Shown: positions 13,986 to 28,135 of the stretch, one piece after another
Layout: the number at the start of each line of letters is the position of its first letter
Numbering within the stretch: the stretch's first letter is position 1
Assembly: GCA_951406725.2 (NCBI GenBank)
Contig: OX597814.1
Span: 101,556,001 to 101,620,000, forward strand
Length of the DNA stretch: 64,000 nt
Reading direction: 5' to 3'
DNA from: Octopus vulgaris
Lineage: Eukaryota
Notes under the pieces: generated by a model
What the model was told of the DNA's origin: nothing
Seen by the model: the letters and a program-made list of their open reading frames with translations, nothing else
Database searches by the model: none
Program-made: the position numbers and the translations under genes

Positions 13986-14643
13986 TGTTTCCTTTAGATG
14001 CTTCAGACAAAGACACATAATTCATTTATCACGCCAATATGTGTGATAAGAGTGTTAGGCGATTTTCTGCATTAAATATGAGACTCTGGAATAAAAAGTG
14101 TTTTCCGTGCAGTATGAGCTTTAAAGAAGTTAATAATGTACCAAGTCAGGTCATTATAACAGTCTTAGCAGAGATATATGTAAGAATAGTAAATGATTGA
14201 TGAGGTTACGGAATAAGTTACTACTTATTGTAAATACAAACAAACGTGTGTGACGATGTGAGAAGATGGAATATTATACATACATCTCACCCATACGCCA
14301 CGAATACATTCAAGTATACAAAATACACACATGTATTCGTTGTGTTTTTGTTGTAGTCTGCTGTATATTCTTTAAACTATTAATTTCATAGCTTATGATT
14401 CTATTTACGTTCAAATCGATAAACTCCTAAACACATTCCTATGGCGCATGAATGGCTGTGTGGTTGTGTTAAGGAGTTAACTTGCAACCACGGACCTTGG
14501 GCGCATCTATTTTCTACAATAACCTCGAGTGGATATGAGACGCTTGGGCACAGCCCTTTTAGCGTTTCTTATTCAGGGTCGATGATTTGACGCTGACTTA
14601 ATTGACTTCGGACGGTTTAACCCCCCACCTCTCTCTCTCTCTC

Positions 14644-14678
<35 letters not shown>

Positions 14679-14845
14679 TCAACAGTTGAAGAAGCTGGTC
14701 ATCATAGCATCATCGATTTCCTTCAGCCCTTGTCTTTTTCTGGAAGAGAGGATGCTGTGAATGTCGCTCCTTTCCAGAACCTTTCTCACGGCGCAATCTA
14801 GCCGAGAAAGAAAGAAAGAAAGAAAGGAAGAAAGAAAGAAAGAAA

Positions 14846-14879
<34 letters not shown>

Positions 14880-15249
14880 AATGTGGAGATAGATGGTACA
14901 TTAATTGTAGAACCCACAAAGATGAAAACTAAGATTGACGTTGTTAGCATTTGAACTCTGAGAACAGACATACTGCCGAACCCCTAAATATATTGTAAGC
15001 ACATTTCATTGATCCCAGTCTGTGCCTTCTACTGAGCACTTTCTGCCCTTAGTATGTAACCTACTCAATCAGAATATAAACACTTTATTATTTAGTTATT
15101 TATTATATTTTATTTGTTCGCTTAGAAGAGAATTCGTCGTTCTAAGGGTGGTCTAGGCTGGATTTTTGAACTCAAAATGTACACAGCCTGAATAAATACC
15201 GGAAGGTTATCCGTCGAGAAATCAAACAATTCCTTCTGATACCTACCTT

Positions 15250-15730
15250 ATCCTGGTACTTTATTTATTGGCATCTTAAAAAGAGAAACGGCAAGGTTGA
15301 CCTAGGCGAGATTTGAACTTAGAGCACAAAGAGGTGTAACAAATGCTCACAAAGAATTTAATCCGATATCCTAATCACTCTGCGCATTTACCGGTTGATA
15401 AGTACAGTGGAATTTGTTCATGGAACCTAAATCTAAGCCATATGTTACATAAAATATATTCCGGTGTTCGCCATTGGGCAGAGAAAATAATGTCTGTTAA
15501 ACATAATGGTTTCACAGTTTGGTGTGAGGCAAGTATACTATAGGGGAGTGGGTAAGTTGATTACAAACTCCCAATGTTCAAACGGTACACATTTTTATTT
15601 TCTTTGAACTCAGAAAGAATGAGTGGCGAAGTTGAACTTGGTGGGACTTGAATAGAAAAGGTAAAGAAACGGAAGAAATGCAGCTAAGCATTTTGTCCGA
15701 CATGCCGACGATTCCGATAAATCGCCGCCT
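15250..15730 (-). mobile_element. Two diverged SINE family A copies
   Basis: ggcaaggttgacctaggcgagatttgaac and gctaagcattttgtccgacatg..cgccgcc motifs. Confidence 0.65.
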
Positions 15731-15836
15731 TAATATCTGTTCAACATGATAAAGTAAAGTCCATTAATAAAATTCAATAGACAGACAGACAAGCAGGCAG
15801 GCAGGCAGGCAAATAGATAGATAGATAGATAGATAT

Positions 15837-15933
<97 letters not shown>

Positions 15934-15977
15934 CAGCCGTGTGTGCGTGAATACACATGCATATACACAGTTATATA

Positions 15978-17205
15978 CAGGGTGCGTAAGGTATTTCAGG
16001 GCATACCTTCTTTGGGTCATTGCTGCATTTTTGCTAACTCTGTATAATCTTTGCTTCGGAAAATAATAATGGCAGACCCTCAGCTTACTCAAGTAATGAA
16101 GAGGCAGGCTGTTATTGTGGTTATAAAGGCTGAGCATATGATCTAGTTTCTCGAGGTTTAAAAGTTGCCAGATCTTTCGTCTGCAAAGTTTGTAAGCTAG
16201 AGACTGAAGATGGAAATATATCACCAGTATCAAAGCATAAAAAAACATTCTAAACGCTCTGAAATCATCAGAACACCTGAATTTATCCAGCAAGTTAGAC
16301 AGGCCATTGATTACAATCCCAGAAAGCCACGAAGTCAATTGCAAAAGATTTCCATGTGTCAGAAGAAATAGTCAGAAACGTTGTCCACGAAGACATAAGA
16401 TATAATTCTTATATGATGAGGAAAGGTCAATTTGTCAGAAAAAGCAAAAGAAAAGCACTACATCAGATCTAAAAGGCTCTTAAACAAACTGAAAAATCCA
16501 GCTGAAGATTTGATTTAGTTTTTCTCAACCGAGAAAAATTTCGACCAAGATCAAAAAGTTGACAGCAGAAATGACAGATTGTTATGTGCAGACCCTTCAG
16601 AAGTTCCAAGTGTTAAGCATACAACTGTCATGGTTTTAGGGATTGTCAGCAATGAAGCCTCCTTACTTCTTTCCACAAGGCCTTAGAGTTAAAGTTAACT
16701 CTGCCACCTACATTGAGGTCCTGGAAATAATTGGATAGACAGTGTATGCAATGGAAGGCCATATGTGTTTCAGTAAGACGTTGCACTATCACACATTTCT
16801 CTTGTAGCAAAGGAATGGATGGCTGAAAATGTTCACGGTCACATAACGCCTAACATTTAGTCTCTTAATTCACCAGATCTCAATCCATTGGACTAATACA
16901 TGTGGAGCGATGTTGAGAGAGAGAAGTCAATGAACACGTCCATAACACCAAATATTCTTTGAAAGCTGCCATAGTCAGAGTAATGTCCAAAATGAACCAG
17001 GACCACTTGATTCGAGCATGTAAATGATTTAGGTCTCATATAGAAGCAGTTGTTGAAGCTGAAGGTGGCTTTATTGAATAACATTATAGAAAAGAGGGTT
17101 TATTTTTATCCTCATAGCATTTTTTGATAAATAAACTTATCCGTTATTATATATCTGCATTTTTATAAAAGTAAATCTGTCCACAAATATCTTATGCACC
17201 TTCTG
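15978..17205 (+). mobile_element. Near full-length decayed maT (DD37D) transposon with both TIRs
   Basis: TA then CAGGGTGCGTAAGGTATTT ... AAATATCTTATGCACCTTCTG. ORF relic 16069-17081: MADPQLTQ..EKNFDQDQKVDSRNDR..GRPYVFQ*D-(37 aa)-D with SPDLNPLD..EAEGGFIE*; several stops and frameshifts. Confidence 0.95.
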
Positions 17206-17209
17206 TGTA

Positions 17210-17288
<79 letters not shown>

Positions 17289-17307
17289 GTATGTATATAT
17301 ATATACA

Positions 17308-17343
<36 letters not shown>

Positions 17344-18024
17344 TGTATATATGTACGTATGTATGTATGTATGTATGTATGTATGTATGTATGTATGTAT
17401 GCATGCATGCATGCATGCATGCATGCATGTATGTATGTATGTATGTATGTATGTATGTATGTATGTATGTATTCATGAGGACATACTGTGCAAAGATAAG
17501 GAACATATGTAAACTAAATGCACTCAAAAATGCAGATTCAGGCGCATAACACAAGCTAAAATTACACCAAAAAGTAACTGGGAATATAATGCATTCGCTT
17601 ACATGCACAAACATACACCGCCAGGAAATCATACAGCACAACATATAAATCTACACAGAGATGAGAAAGACAGAGGTAGGGAGAGGCGCAAATGTTTTAT
17701 AAAAAGTAACACTGTTTAATAAGGTAGGAATACATATTATTTTATTCTGCCACAGAGGTATTATCTTTATCAAGCTCGTGACTCAGAGATGATCTTTATT
17801 TAACTTATCGATTTCTGTCTTTTTAAATGTTATCAAAATCTTCACCTTTTTTCCCCACTTCCCATTTTCATTCCTGTCCTATCTCTCACATTCTTTTCTC
17901 CATTCTCCAGCTCGCTCTCTCTCTCTATCTCTCTCTCTCTCTCTCTCTCTTTCCTTCTCTCTCTTTCTTTCCCTATCTCCCTCTCGTTCTCCCTCCTTCT
18001 CGCACTCTCTTACTTTTGCAGTGC

Positions 18025-18084
<60 letters not shown>

Positions 18085-18155
18085 GTGTGCGTCTGTGTGT
18101 CTGTGTGTGTGTATGAACCTATATATACATTTATATATAGGTGTATATATATATT

Positions 18156-18188
<33 letters not shown>

Positions 18189-18320
18189 ACAAATATCTAT
18201 TGAGATATATGTGCATACATACACACACACATTTCTATATAAACAAATGGATAGAGAGACAGATAGATAGATAAATAGATAGATATACACACACAAATAT
18301 GTTTGTTTACATTTGTGTGT

Positions 18321-18409
<89 letters not shown>

Positions 18410-18666
18410 CCTAATCCCAATATACCTCATAGTCAATCACACTAACTTCAATCAGATAGCCTGTACTTAATATACAGATATTTTATATCTATATACATAT
18501 ATACATATATACATTTTTATGTTTTCCCTATTGCTACATATTTTGTTTGTATTGTTATTTGCTAAACATTTTCAGTTCTAGCTGTTTGTAGTTTGTCCAA
18601 TTCCCACACATCAGGCAGATGCACACAGCATTAAGTGCATGCATCTATAGTTTTATCTCTTTCTCT

Positions 18667-18711
<45 letters not shown>

Positions 18712-18750
18712 GTGTACATATATATACAGATATATATACAGATATATATG

Positions 18751-18789
<39 letters not shown>

Positions 18790-18847
18790 GTATTATAAAT
18801 ATAGATATTACATATAGATATATGGTTACATGCATATACATATTCAA

Positions 18848-18918
<71 letters not shown>

Positions 18919-19136
18919 TTATACTATTTAAATGCATACATGCTTACATCCATCCATCCATCCATAAATGCGAGAAGTAAGAGAAGAGAAGGAGAGTTGT
19001 TTGTGTCAGCTTCATATTTAGGAAATAAATATATGCACGCCAATGAAACGATATAAGCTATTATTAGCCATCACACTGGCCTGGTACGAGTAATATTTAT
19101 TTACAGATATAATATATCAATGTTGTAAACCTGATT

Positions 19137-19169
<33 letters not shown>

Positions 19170-19224
19170 CGCACACATTATATGTGTGTATGTTTGTATG
19201 TATGTATGTATGTATGTATGTATG

Positions 19225-19258
<34 letters not shown>

Positions 19259-19409
19259 TGTATGTATGTATGTATGTATGTATGTATGTATGTACGGATG
19301 TATCTATGTATATTTAAATGAACAGTCGAGAGAGAGCCATACTATGTAAGGAAACAGAAAATCATAGATAGAATAAAAGAGGCAAGAAATGAGAAGCAAA
19401 CATGAAGAG

Positions 19410-19440
<31 letters not shown>
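17206..19440. repeat. Interspersed (TA)n, (TATG)n, (CT)n, (TG)n, (GATA)n and (GA)n tracts
   Basis: Direct observation; short unique islands lie between tracts. Confidence 0.9.
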
Positions 19441-19446
<6 letters not shown>

Positions 19447-19809
19447 CATAAATGGATATGAAGAATTGAAAGCGACAATGGAGATAATGAATAAAACAGA
19501 TTTTAATAGTTACATAATAGAGGGTGGGGAGAAGAACAATAGTGATAAATAGTAATAATATAATGATGATACTTTATTTTGTTCAACCAATAGCATACGG
19601 CTCAATTATGCCAATCATTTACATTAAGCGCGTTATGATATTAGTATTAGAGTAAAAGTGTTTATGTACATCTTTAGCGCTCGCTACCTTCTATTGGCTG
19701 CTTAAAAAGTGCGACTACCAGTTGCTATCTGACACCAATTTGTTGAGTAGAATATGTTTATTCGTCCCCATCCGAGACATAATCCCTGTGCTGTCCGTTC
19801 TCTACAAAT

Positions 19810-20160
19810 TTCGAACCCACGTCACGTCACAGCACTAAGGTCTATTTCACTTCAACTGGCCCTAGTCTCTTTAACATCTAGCTAAGACACACATGAAGAA
19901 AGATATAGATCACATAACATTTAAACGTTTCCTAGACAAATTTCTCCAAGAAATTCCAGATAAGCCACCTTAACCTGGATATATCTCTGCATACAATAAT
20001 TCTGTTCTAATTAGTTTTGATGTCCAAAGTATGGTTGTAGCATGAAGCATAAGATGTTTTCTCTAGATGGTGCTTGATCAAATGTTTTCTCCAGGTGGTG
20101 CTATTAAGTTAGTCATGGCTTGGACCAATACTGGCCGAAATCTAAATCTATCTAAATCAA
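19810..20160 (+). mobile_element. CR1-group LINE 3' end relic
   Basis: Translation YFTSTGPSLFNI..ITFKRFLDKFLQEIPDKPP*PGYISAYNNS resembles CR1-type ORF2 C-termini; ends in a short (ctaaat)-like repeat. Confidence 0.7.
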
Positions 20161-21059
20161 ACTTCTTTATACAGCTGAAAGCAACGTTGAAGCGTTATAT
20201 ATGACGTTAATGAAAGGATATGAAAGAGTAATTTTTTTCCGCAAAAATCTCTGATGTTCAAAATATCGGAGATGTTTTGAAGAATTCTGAAATGCTTAGA
20301 AATAAAAACGCAAGATATTAAATTTTTGAACAGTTCATGGCTTATGTATTTCTCTAAATCAGAGCAAGTCAAATTGAATTTCAACATTGCTAATTAGTTA
20401 TGGTCACAATTTTAAATACATTGGCTCATCCACTTACGTTGGATTCATTCACATAAATCGTTCATTATATACTTGAGTGGACATCTAATGTAATTTACAG
20501 AGGATTTAAATTGTAAAGCATGTGGCATGGGTTTCAACTCAAACAACTCCGTCTTTTAATTAACAACGCGTATTAATCGGGATTACAATGGATTCAAATT
20601 CAGAAGATCGCTGATATTTCTAAGATGTATTTCGACATATAATTTCACTCAGCCAATAGAGTATGGATCCCAGCAAACAAATCATACCATTATTTTCATT
20701 GTGTGAAGATATTAAAGTTATTACAAAAAAGTTTGACATACAGTATGTCATGTATGCAAAAGAAACATGTCATTAGATATATTCAAGTTCGCTCTTAGCT
20801 TCGTATCGAATTCAACCTGTCAGTTAAAAGAAACTTCTGAGTAGAGGTGAACACGATTATATTCCAATTCTGTATGGCACAACACGACAAAGTGAGTGTA
20901 ATTTTTTCTGCCATGAATGAAATGGATGAATGTTGAAAAAACAGTTATAGTTTCATATTTAAAGCAAAAGTACGTTAATACAACATTTCTAATTTACAAA
21001 AAAAAAAAAAAAGACTTTATTTAGAAGTCCATTTATCCATCCATCAACAAATAGCAATC

Positions 21060-21355
21060 GATGGTGGACTATCCCGTCGCAAACGACAGAAGAGGATTCA
21101 GCAACTCGATGCTGATCAACATGTACAAACGATTTGTTTATAGTGATCTATTGCTTGTACGGAGCTCGCTCACTCCATCAGATCAACATTGCCTGTGCAA
21201 ATACATGGTATACCATACATTAGATGTCAATGTAATTTCAGAGTAACGTGAAATGAAGTGTTTTCCTCAAGAACATAACGTGTTGCCCGATCCGGGAATC
21301 GAAACCACGATCGCAAGATCATGACTGCAACGCTTTAACCACTAGGATAGGCACC
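21060..21355 (-). mobile_element. SINE family C, tail type 4
   Basis: Reverse head at 21240-21355; tail homologous to 48800-48985. Confidence 0.75.
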
Positions 21356-23085
21356 TTGACAATAAGTACTGATATATAGAGAGTTACTGCAATGCAAATC
21401 TAAAGAACATATTTAGGGGAAAAATACTTCGTTGCCGCTTCGTAAGTGACCTTCGTACTGTACGTTTATTTTAATCGAAGTGTTGCTTGTATTTCCTCTC
21501 CAAAAATGCCTCTCCAATTAATCTATAGTTGATTATTATCACTACCCAAACATTGTGTGAATTCTTGCCAGTTCATAAACAAATATTTTTTATTAGATAA
21601 TTCATGAACTATAAAAAATAATTGTTCACAACAATGAATGCTTAGAGACGATACAATATTATAAAGTATTACATAATTTTATGTAGGTTTACCTCAGTTG
21701 TGGCAATGAAACAGAGACACAAAAAGATCACTCAGTTGGGCGCAGCTGAACCAGGTGACGTTATAAGAAGGGCTGACACGGATAAGGCATATCTTAAAAT
21801 ATATTCGTCCAAAGTCATATTCAACAATATTGAGTGCGCTCGGATGGCCAGAAAAATAATCTTCCCTTAGACATGTCTAAAAATATAAGATGAGCTGAGT
21901 CATTGGATCGTAGGACGCATGCGTTTCTGTGTCATTTCACTTCGTCAGCTACGGACACTATGTCATTTACAGGCCGGTAAGAATGAAATTATTAAAATTA
22001 TTTACAGAATGTATGCCAATATGCGTAAAGCTTTGCCAAGCTAGAATTAAATATTGCTGCATGAAGTAGCATTTAATGAAAAATATTTGTACAAATGTAT
22101 ATTCAACTTGTTCCAGTGCCCTCGGACATGACAAGAACTTCCGCTGCGAAGCTAATCCCGAAAGAAAATACTCCTCAACATGAGTGCACACGATAAGCAG
22201 TGAATGACGAAATTAGATCTTTAGATGCATGCGTTTCTGTGTCGTTTCACGACAACCAAATATGTATACACTGTCTCAGCAGAAATTTATTGATTTTATT
22301 TTAAAATATCACTTAAACCAAATTAAGTAGGATTCTTATATCGTTAGTTGATGCCCAATTCAGCATCCTTAAAACAAATTATAATGATACAATCACGTGA
22401 TTTTTCAGCACGCGTTAGAAGTACATACTGTCATTCTGGCTGCTTTAACAGTAATACCTAGTTTTGTTTTCGTTGCCTTCACATGATTTTATAATTCTTT
22501 CTTAGAAAATGTTACACACATTATAGAAAATCCAGAAAATTCGGGGTTTCATAGCAAAAACCCTGATTCATAATCAAATTATATGCAATATCAAGAAATT
22601 TCAAATTAAAGTTTCATATAAATATTCAATTCCAGATTTCATTTTCTTTTTTTTTTTTTGTATTTGGGCAACAACCCGGTTATCTCTGACTCTTCCATCA
22701 AGATTTAATCTGTTATTAAAAAACAAAAAGAAAACAGAATTGTCATTTTAATTAAAGTTCAGTTTCAATTCTTGATTTTGATGGGTTGACGGGATTTGTT
22801 CGTTTAAATACAGAATTTTGTTTTAACTCTTTCCTATGCAATGCATTTTCATAAGTTTGTCCTAGATATTCATGCGCTGTTTTCAGCCTTTTAATTAGCC
22901 CCTTGTTCTGAGCTTTTATTTGACAGGTCCCAAATAACTGATGGTTGCAAAAAAAAAAAAAAAGAATGTGTATGATTTGTGATCCATAGACGCCAAGGAA
23001 ATCACATGATACACGGAGAAATTACGTGTGATACGCAGAACAGCCAATGGTTTAATTTCCTTGTGTCATATATAAAGCACCTTAT

Positions 23086-23319
23086 GGCGGCGAGCTGGCA
23101 GAAACGTTAGCACGCCGGGCGAAATGCGTAGCCGTATTTCGTCTGCCGTTACGTTCTGAGTTCAAATTCTGCCGAGGTCGACTTTGCCTTTCATCCTTTC
23201 GGGGTCGATAACTTAAGTACCAGTTACGCACTGGGGTCGATGTAATCGACTTAATCCGTTTGTCTGTCCTTGTTTGTCCCTTCTATGTTCAGCCCCTTGT
23301 GGGCAGTAAAGAAATATAT
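23086..23319 (+). mobile_element. Young full-length SINE family A with 17-bp TSD
   Basis: A box tggcagaaacgttag, B box gttcaaattc, core gcctttcatcctttcggggtcgata; TSD atatataaagcacctta at 23068-23084 and 23320-23336. Confidence 0.96.
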
Positions 23320-24104
23320 ATATATAAAGCACCTTACACAAAGCAGTATGCTTCAGTTGATACTACTATAGTAAGGTTATTAACGACTAATAATTTCTTA
23401 CATTGTGTAACTTATTTTGAACGTCATTTCAATTACTTTTGCCACTTGAGTTTAACGATGAAAATGAGTGTGGTGATGGGTTACTACTGGTGGGGATGGG
23501 GTAATACTGGTGATGATGGTGATGGTTTTATATAAAGGGTGTATTTAAAAATGAATCGAACGTACAAACAACTCAACTTCAGATTATAAATGTCTGTGTA
23601 AGAGATTGTGTGACACGTGTATTTAATGCGGTCTATAATTACAGGGAGACACTGGTTGCTGGTTGCTGTTTGACAATAATGAATTTCCACCTCTTCAATT
23701 CAATACCCGTGAGAGAGTTGGTAGCAAATAGAAACGAAGTCAGGAGTAATATGAAGACGTGCTGAAGTTCAGTTTTGATGCATATGACGTATTAGCTCTA
23801 ACAATAAAATTTAACCGGAATTATTTAAATTAAGATCATACACAAAAACACACACACACGCACATATATACACGTATACATAAACATACACCAGCTGTTG
23901 TTGGAAATGCAAATGCCAAAGACAAACAATTTATTTATTCATTATTTATTTTATTATATTTTTACTATTTTTTTAAATTTTTTATTTTTCAAGCGTGCGG
24001 GTGTTATATAAAATGAATGTCAAGCAAATGAAATCGACGCCACAGATTCGATTTTAGTTTAGCCAATTCACTAATTTCTTAAACTTACCATTTTTGACAA
24101 GGTT

Positions 24105-26060
24105 ATTCTTTTCTACCCAAGGCAAAAGGCCCGAAATTTTGGGAGAGTGGGGGCCAGTTGATTAGATCGACCTCAGTATGCAACTGGTATTTAATTTATC
24201 GATCCCGATAGGATGAAAGACAACGTCGACCTCGAGGGATTTATTATTTTTCTTTTTTGACAGGATTATTTTAACCTTTAGTAGGCGGCGAGCTGGCAGA
24301 ATCGTTATAACGCTGGGCGAAATACTTAGCAGCACCTCGTCCGCCTTTACGTTCTGAGCTCAAATTCTGCCGAGGTCAACTTTGTTTTTCATTCTTTCAG
24401 AGTCGATGAAATAAGTACCAGCTGAGCACTGGGATCAATGTAATCGGCTTATCTCCTCTCCATGAAATTGCTGGCTTCGTGTGCCAAAATTTGAAACCAT
24501 TATTGTAACCTCTAGTGCGGCGGATTGGTAGAAATGTTAGAACATTGGGGAAAAGTTTTGCTGCCTATGTTCTGAATTCACCGAAATCAACTTTACCTTT
24601 CGTTCCTCCAGTGTCGGCATAATAAAGAACTACTCAAGTAATAATGTCACTTGTGCCGACTGACACTCACCCACAAATTTCACACTTTAAGCCTATGTAA
24701 GAAACATTATTACTGGGACGGCAAAAAGTGGAAAGCTAACAGCATCATTAGTACGCACGGCAAAATGCTTAGCAGTATTTCGTCTGTCGTTACGTTCTGA
24801 GTTCAAATTCCGCCGAGGTCGACTTTGCCTTTCATCCTTTCGGGGTCGATAAATTAAGAACCAGTTGAGTACTAGGGTCGATCTAATTGACTGGGCCCCT
24901 CCCCTAAAATTTCGGGCCTTGTGCCTTGCCTAGAGTAGAAAAGATTCTTTCGGGGTCAATAAAATAAGTACCAATCAAGTACTGAGGTTGAAGACACCGA
25001 CTTCCTCCCCCTGCTCTAAAAAACTGCTGGCCTGGTGCCAAAATTTAAAACCAATATTAGGACCGTAGGTTGACAGAATCGTTGAAGGCGGCGAGCTGGC
25101 AGAAACGTTAGCACGCCAGGCGAAATGCGAATCGGTATTTCGTCTGTCGTTACGTTGTGAGTTCAAATTCCGCCGAGGTCGACTTTGCCTTTCATCCTTT
25201 CGGGGTCGATAAATTAAGTACCAGCAACGCACTGGGGTCAATATAATCAACTTAATACCTATGTCTGTCCTTGTTTGTCCTCCCTGTGTTTATCTCCTTG
25301 TGGGTAGTAAAGAAATAGGTATTTCGTCTGCCGCTACGTTCTGAGTTCAAATCCCGCCGAGGTTGACTTTGCCTTTCATCCTACGGTTTTGATTTACATT
25401 TCATTTTTCTTCTTTTCTGTCGGATGCTGTGTATCTAGAGAGTACAGTATTCTTTTCTACTCTAGGCACAAGGCCCGAAATGTTTAGAGAGGGAGCCAGT
25501 CGATTAGATCGACACCAGTACACAACTGGTACTTAATTTATCGATCCCGAAAGGTTGAAAGGCAAAGTCGACCTCGGCGGAATAAATACCAAAAATTATT
25601 CTTTTTTTCTCCACGTTCTAACGATTCAACCAACCCACCGTAACCGTAGCGGCAGACGAAATACCTATTTCTTTATTACCCACAAGGGACTAAACATAGA
25701 GGGGACAAACAAGGACAGACAAAGGGATTAAGTCGATTACATCGACACCAGTGCGTAACTAGTACTTATTTAATCGACTACGAAAGGATGAAAGGCAAAG
25801 TCGACCTCGGCGGAATTTGAACTCAGAACGTAACGGCAGACGAAATACGGCTACGCATTTCGCCCGGCGTGCTAACGTTTCTGCCAGCTCACCGCCTTCG
25901 AGAGAGTACAATATTTAATGAGTTCGGGGCGGTGACCTGGCAGAATCTTTAGCATGCCAAGAAAATGCCTGGCGGCATTTCGTCTGTCTTAACATTGTGA
26001 TTTCAAATTCCAGGAAATCGACTTACCCCAACCCCTAAAATGTCTGGCCTTGTACAAAAG
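24105..26060. mobile_element. Cluster of about 8-9 SINE family A copies in both orientations
   Basis: Copies at about 24105(-), 24283(+), 24517(+), 24730(+), 24945(+), 25088(+), 25452-25897(-) and 25928(+). Confidence 0.92.
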
Positions 26061-26362
26061 TTGAAATCTTTCCTTCTTCAATCTTTTTTGTGTCTTTCTT
26101 TTTATTGAACAGTTTTCTTTTTTTCTTCCTTCCTTTTTGTTGTGACTTTCTTTTGATTTCTTTCCTTTTTAAAACAATAGGATGTGATTTGAGAGAGAGA
26201 GAGATTTGGTTACTATTTCTAGCAAATGGAGCAACGATGACGCGGCTCTGCTTCTTTCTTTTTACTCACAACCGCCCCTTCTTGCCGTTACTGCTTGGTT
26301 CCTGCTAGCTTTTATATTCTTCTGTTAATATTAATAATGATATATTTGCAGTTATTTCCTCT

Positions 26363-26514
26363 CACGTCGCCGTCATCGTTGTCGTCGCTGCTATCATCTC
26401 TATCACCATCACAATCACCATCATCATCATTATCATCATCATCATCACGATCATCATCATCACCATCATCATCACCACCACCACAATCATCACCACCGCA
26501 ATCATCACCACCAC

Positions 26515-26580
<66 letters not shown>

Positions 26581-27452
26581 TTCATCATCATTTCATCATC
26601 ATCATCATCATCATCATTCCCGCCATTACACCTGCCTCATCACCACCACTACTACCACTCATCATTTATCATGCCCCACAATTATCAACATCAGCATCAC
26701 CATCATTAATGTCACCACTACCTCCGATACCATGATGACGATGATGCTAATGAAAATCATTATCATCAGCACCATCATTGTCTCCATTTTTACCACTCCC
26801 GCTATCACTACCACCACCACCACCACCACCATCATCATCATCATTATCACCACACTCCCAGCCCTACCACTACCACTGTCATCCATTATTACTGCCATCA
26901 CAACCACCATCACCACCACTACCACCATGTCACCATCATCCCCATCACCATCATCATCATTATAATCCCCCACCCCAATCCAAACCCACACCCCCACCAA
27001 TATCATCCATTATCACCATCATTACAACCACCACCATCACCACCACCACAACCACCACCAACATCACCACCACCATCATCATCATCATTAGTCCCTATCC
27101 CAATCCAAGCCCACACCCCCACCACTATCATCCATTATCACCACCATCACAACCACCACTATATCCATCACCACCACCACCACCACCACCAACATCACCA
27201 TCATCACCATTAGCCCCCACCCCAATCCAAACCCACACCCCCACCACTATCATCCATTATCACCACCACCACAACCAGCACTATATCCATCACCACCACC
27301 ACCACCACCACCAACATCACCATCATCATCATCATCATCATCATTAGCCCCTAACCCCAATCCAAACCCACACCCCCACCACTATCATCCATTATCACCA
27401 CCATCGCAACCACCACTATATCCATCACCACCACCACCACCACCAACATCAC

Positions 27453-27485
<33 letters not shown>

Positions 27486-27835
27486 TAGCCCCCACCACTA
27501 TCATCCATTATCACCACCATCACAACCACCACTATATCCATCACCACCACCACCACCACCACCACCAACATCACCATCATCATCATCATCATCATCATCA
27601 TCATTAGCCCCCACCCCAATCCAAACCCCCACCCCCACCACTATCATCCATTATCACCACCATCACAACCACCACTATATCCATCACCACCACCACCACC
27701 ACCAACATCACCATCATCATCATTAGCCCCCACCCCAATCCAAACCCCCACCCCCACCACTATCATCCATTATCACCACCATCACAACCACCACTATATC
27801 CATCACCACCACCACCACCACCACATCAACATCAC

Positions 27836-27868
<33 letters not shown>

Positions 27869-28135
27869 TAGCCCCCACCCCCACCACTATCATCCATTAT
27901 CACCACCATCACAACCACCACTATATCCATCACCGCCACCACCACCACAACCACCACCACCACCACAACCACCACCACAATCACCACCACAACCACCACC
28001 ATCACCACCACCATCACCATCATCGTCATCATCATTAGCCCCCACCCAAATCCAAACCGACACCCCAACCACTATATCCATCACCACCACCACCACCGCC
28101 ATCATCATCATCATCACCACCATCATTATCATCAT
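26363..28135. repeat. (CAT/CAC)n low-complexity tract, becoming a higher-order minisatellite (about 9 units of 120-165 bp) from 26966
   Basis: Recurring unit cccccaccccaatccaaacccacacccccaccactatcatccattat..actatatccat..cattag. Confidence 0.93.

Noticed and set aside
20160-20860. Faint hAT-like transposase hints (GITMD, FHC)
   Set aside because: Too few residues in inconsistent frames
23086-23175. tRNA gene calls for SINE heads (also 35280, 54290, 57480, 61391, 61667)
   Set aside because: A and B boxes are present but the cloverleaf is broken, and each head continues into a repeat body
26295-27347. Extensin-, mucin- or His-rich ORFs
   Set aside because: Trinucleotide-repeat translations open in several frames; frame shifts between higher-order units
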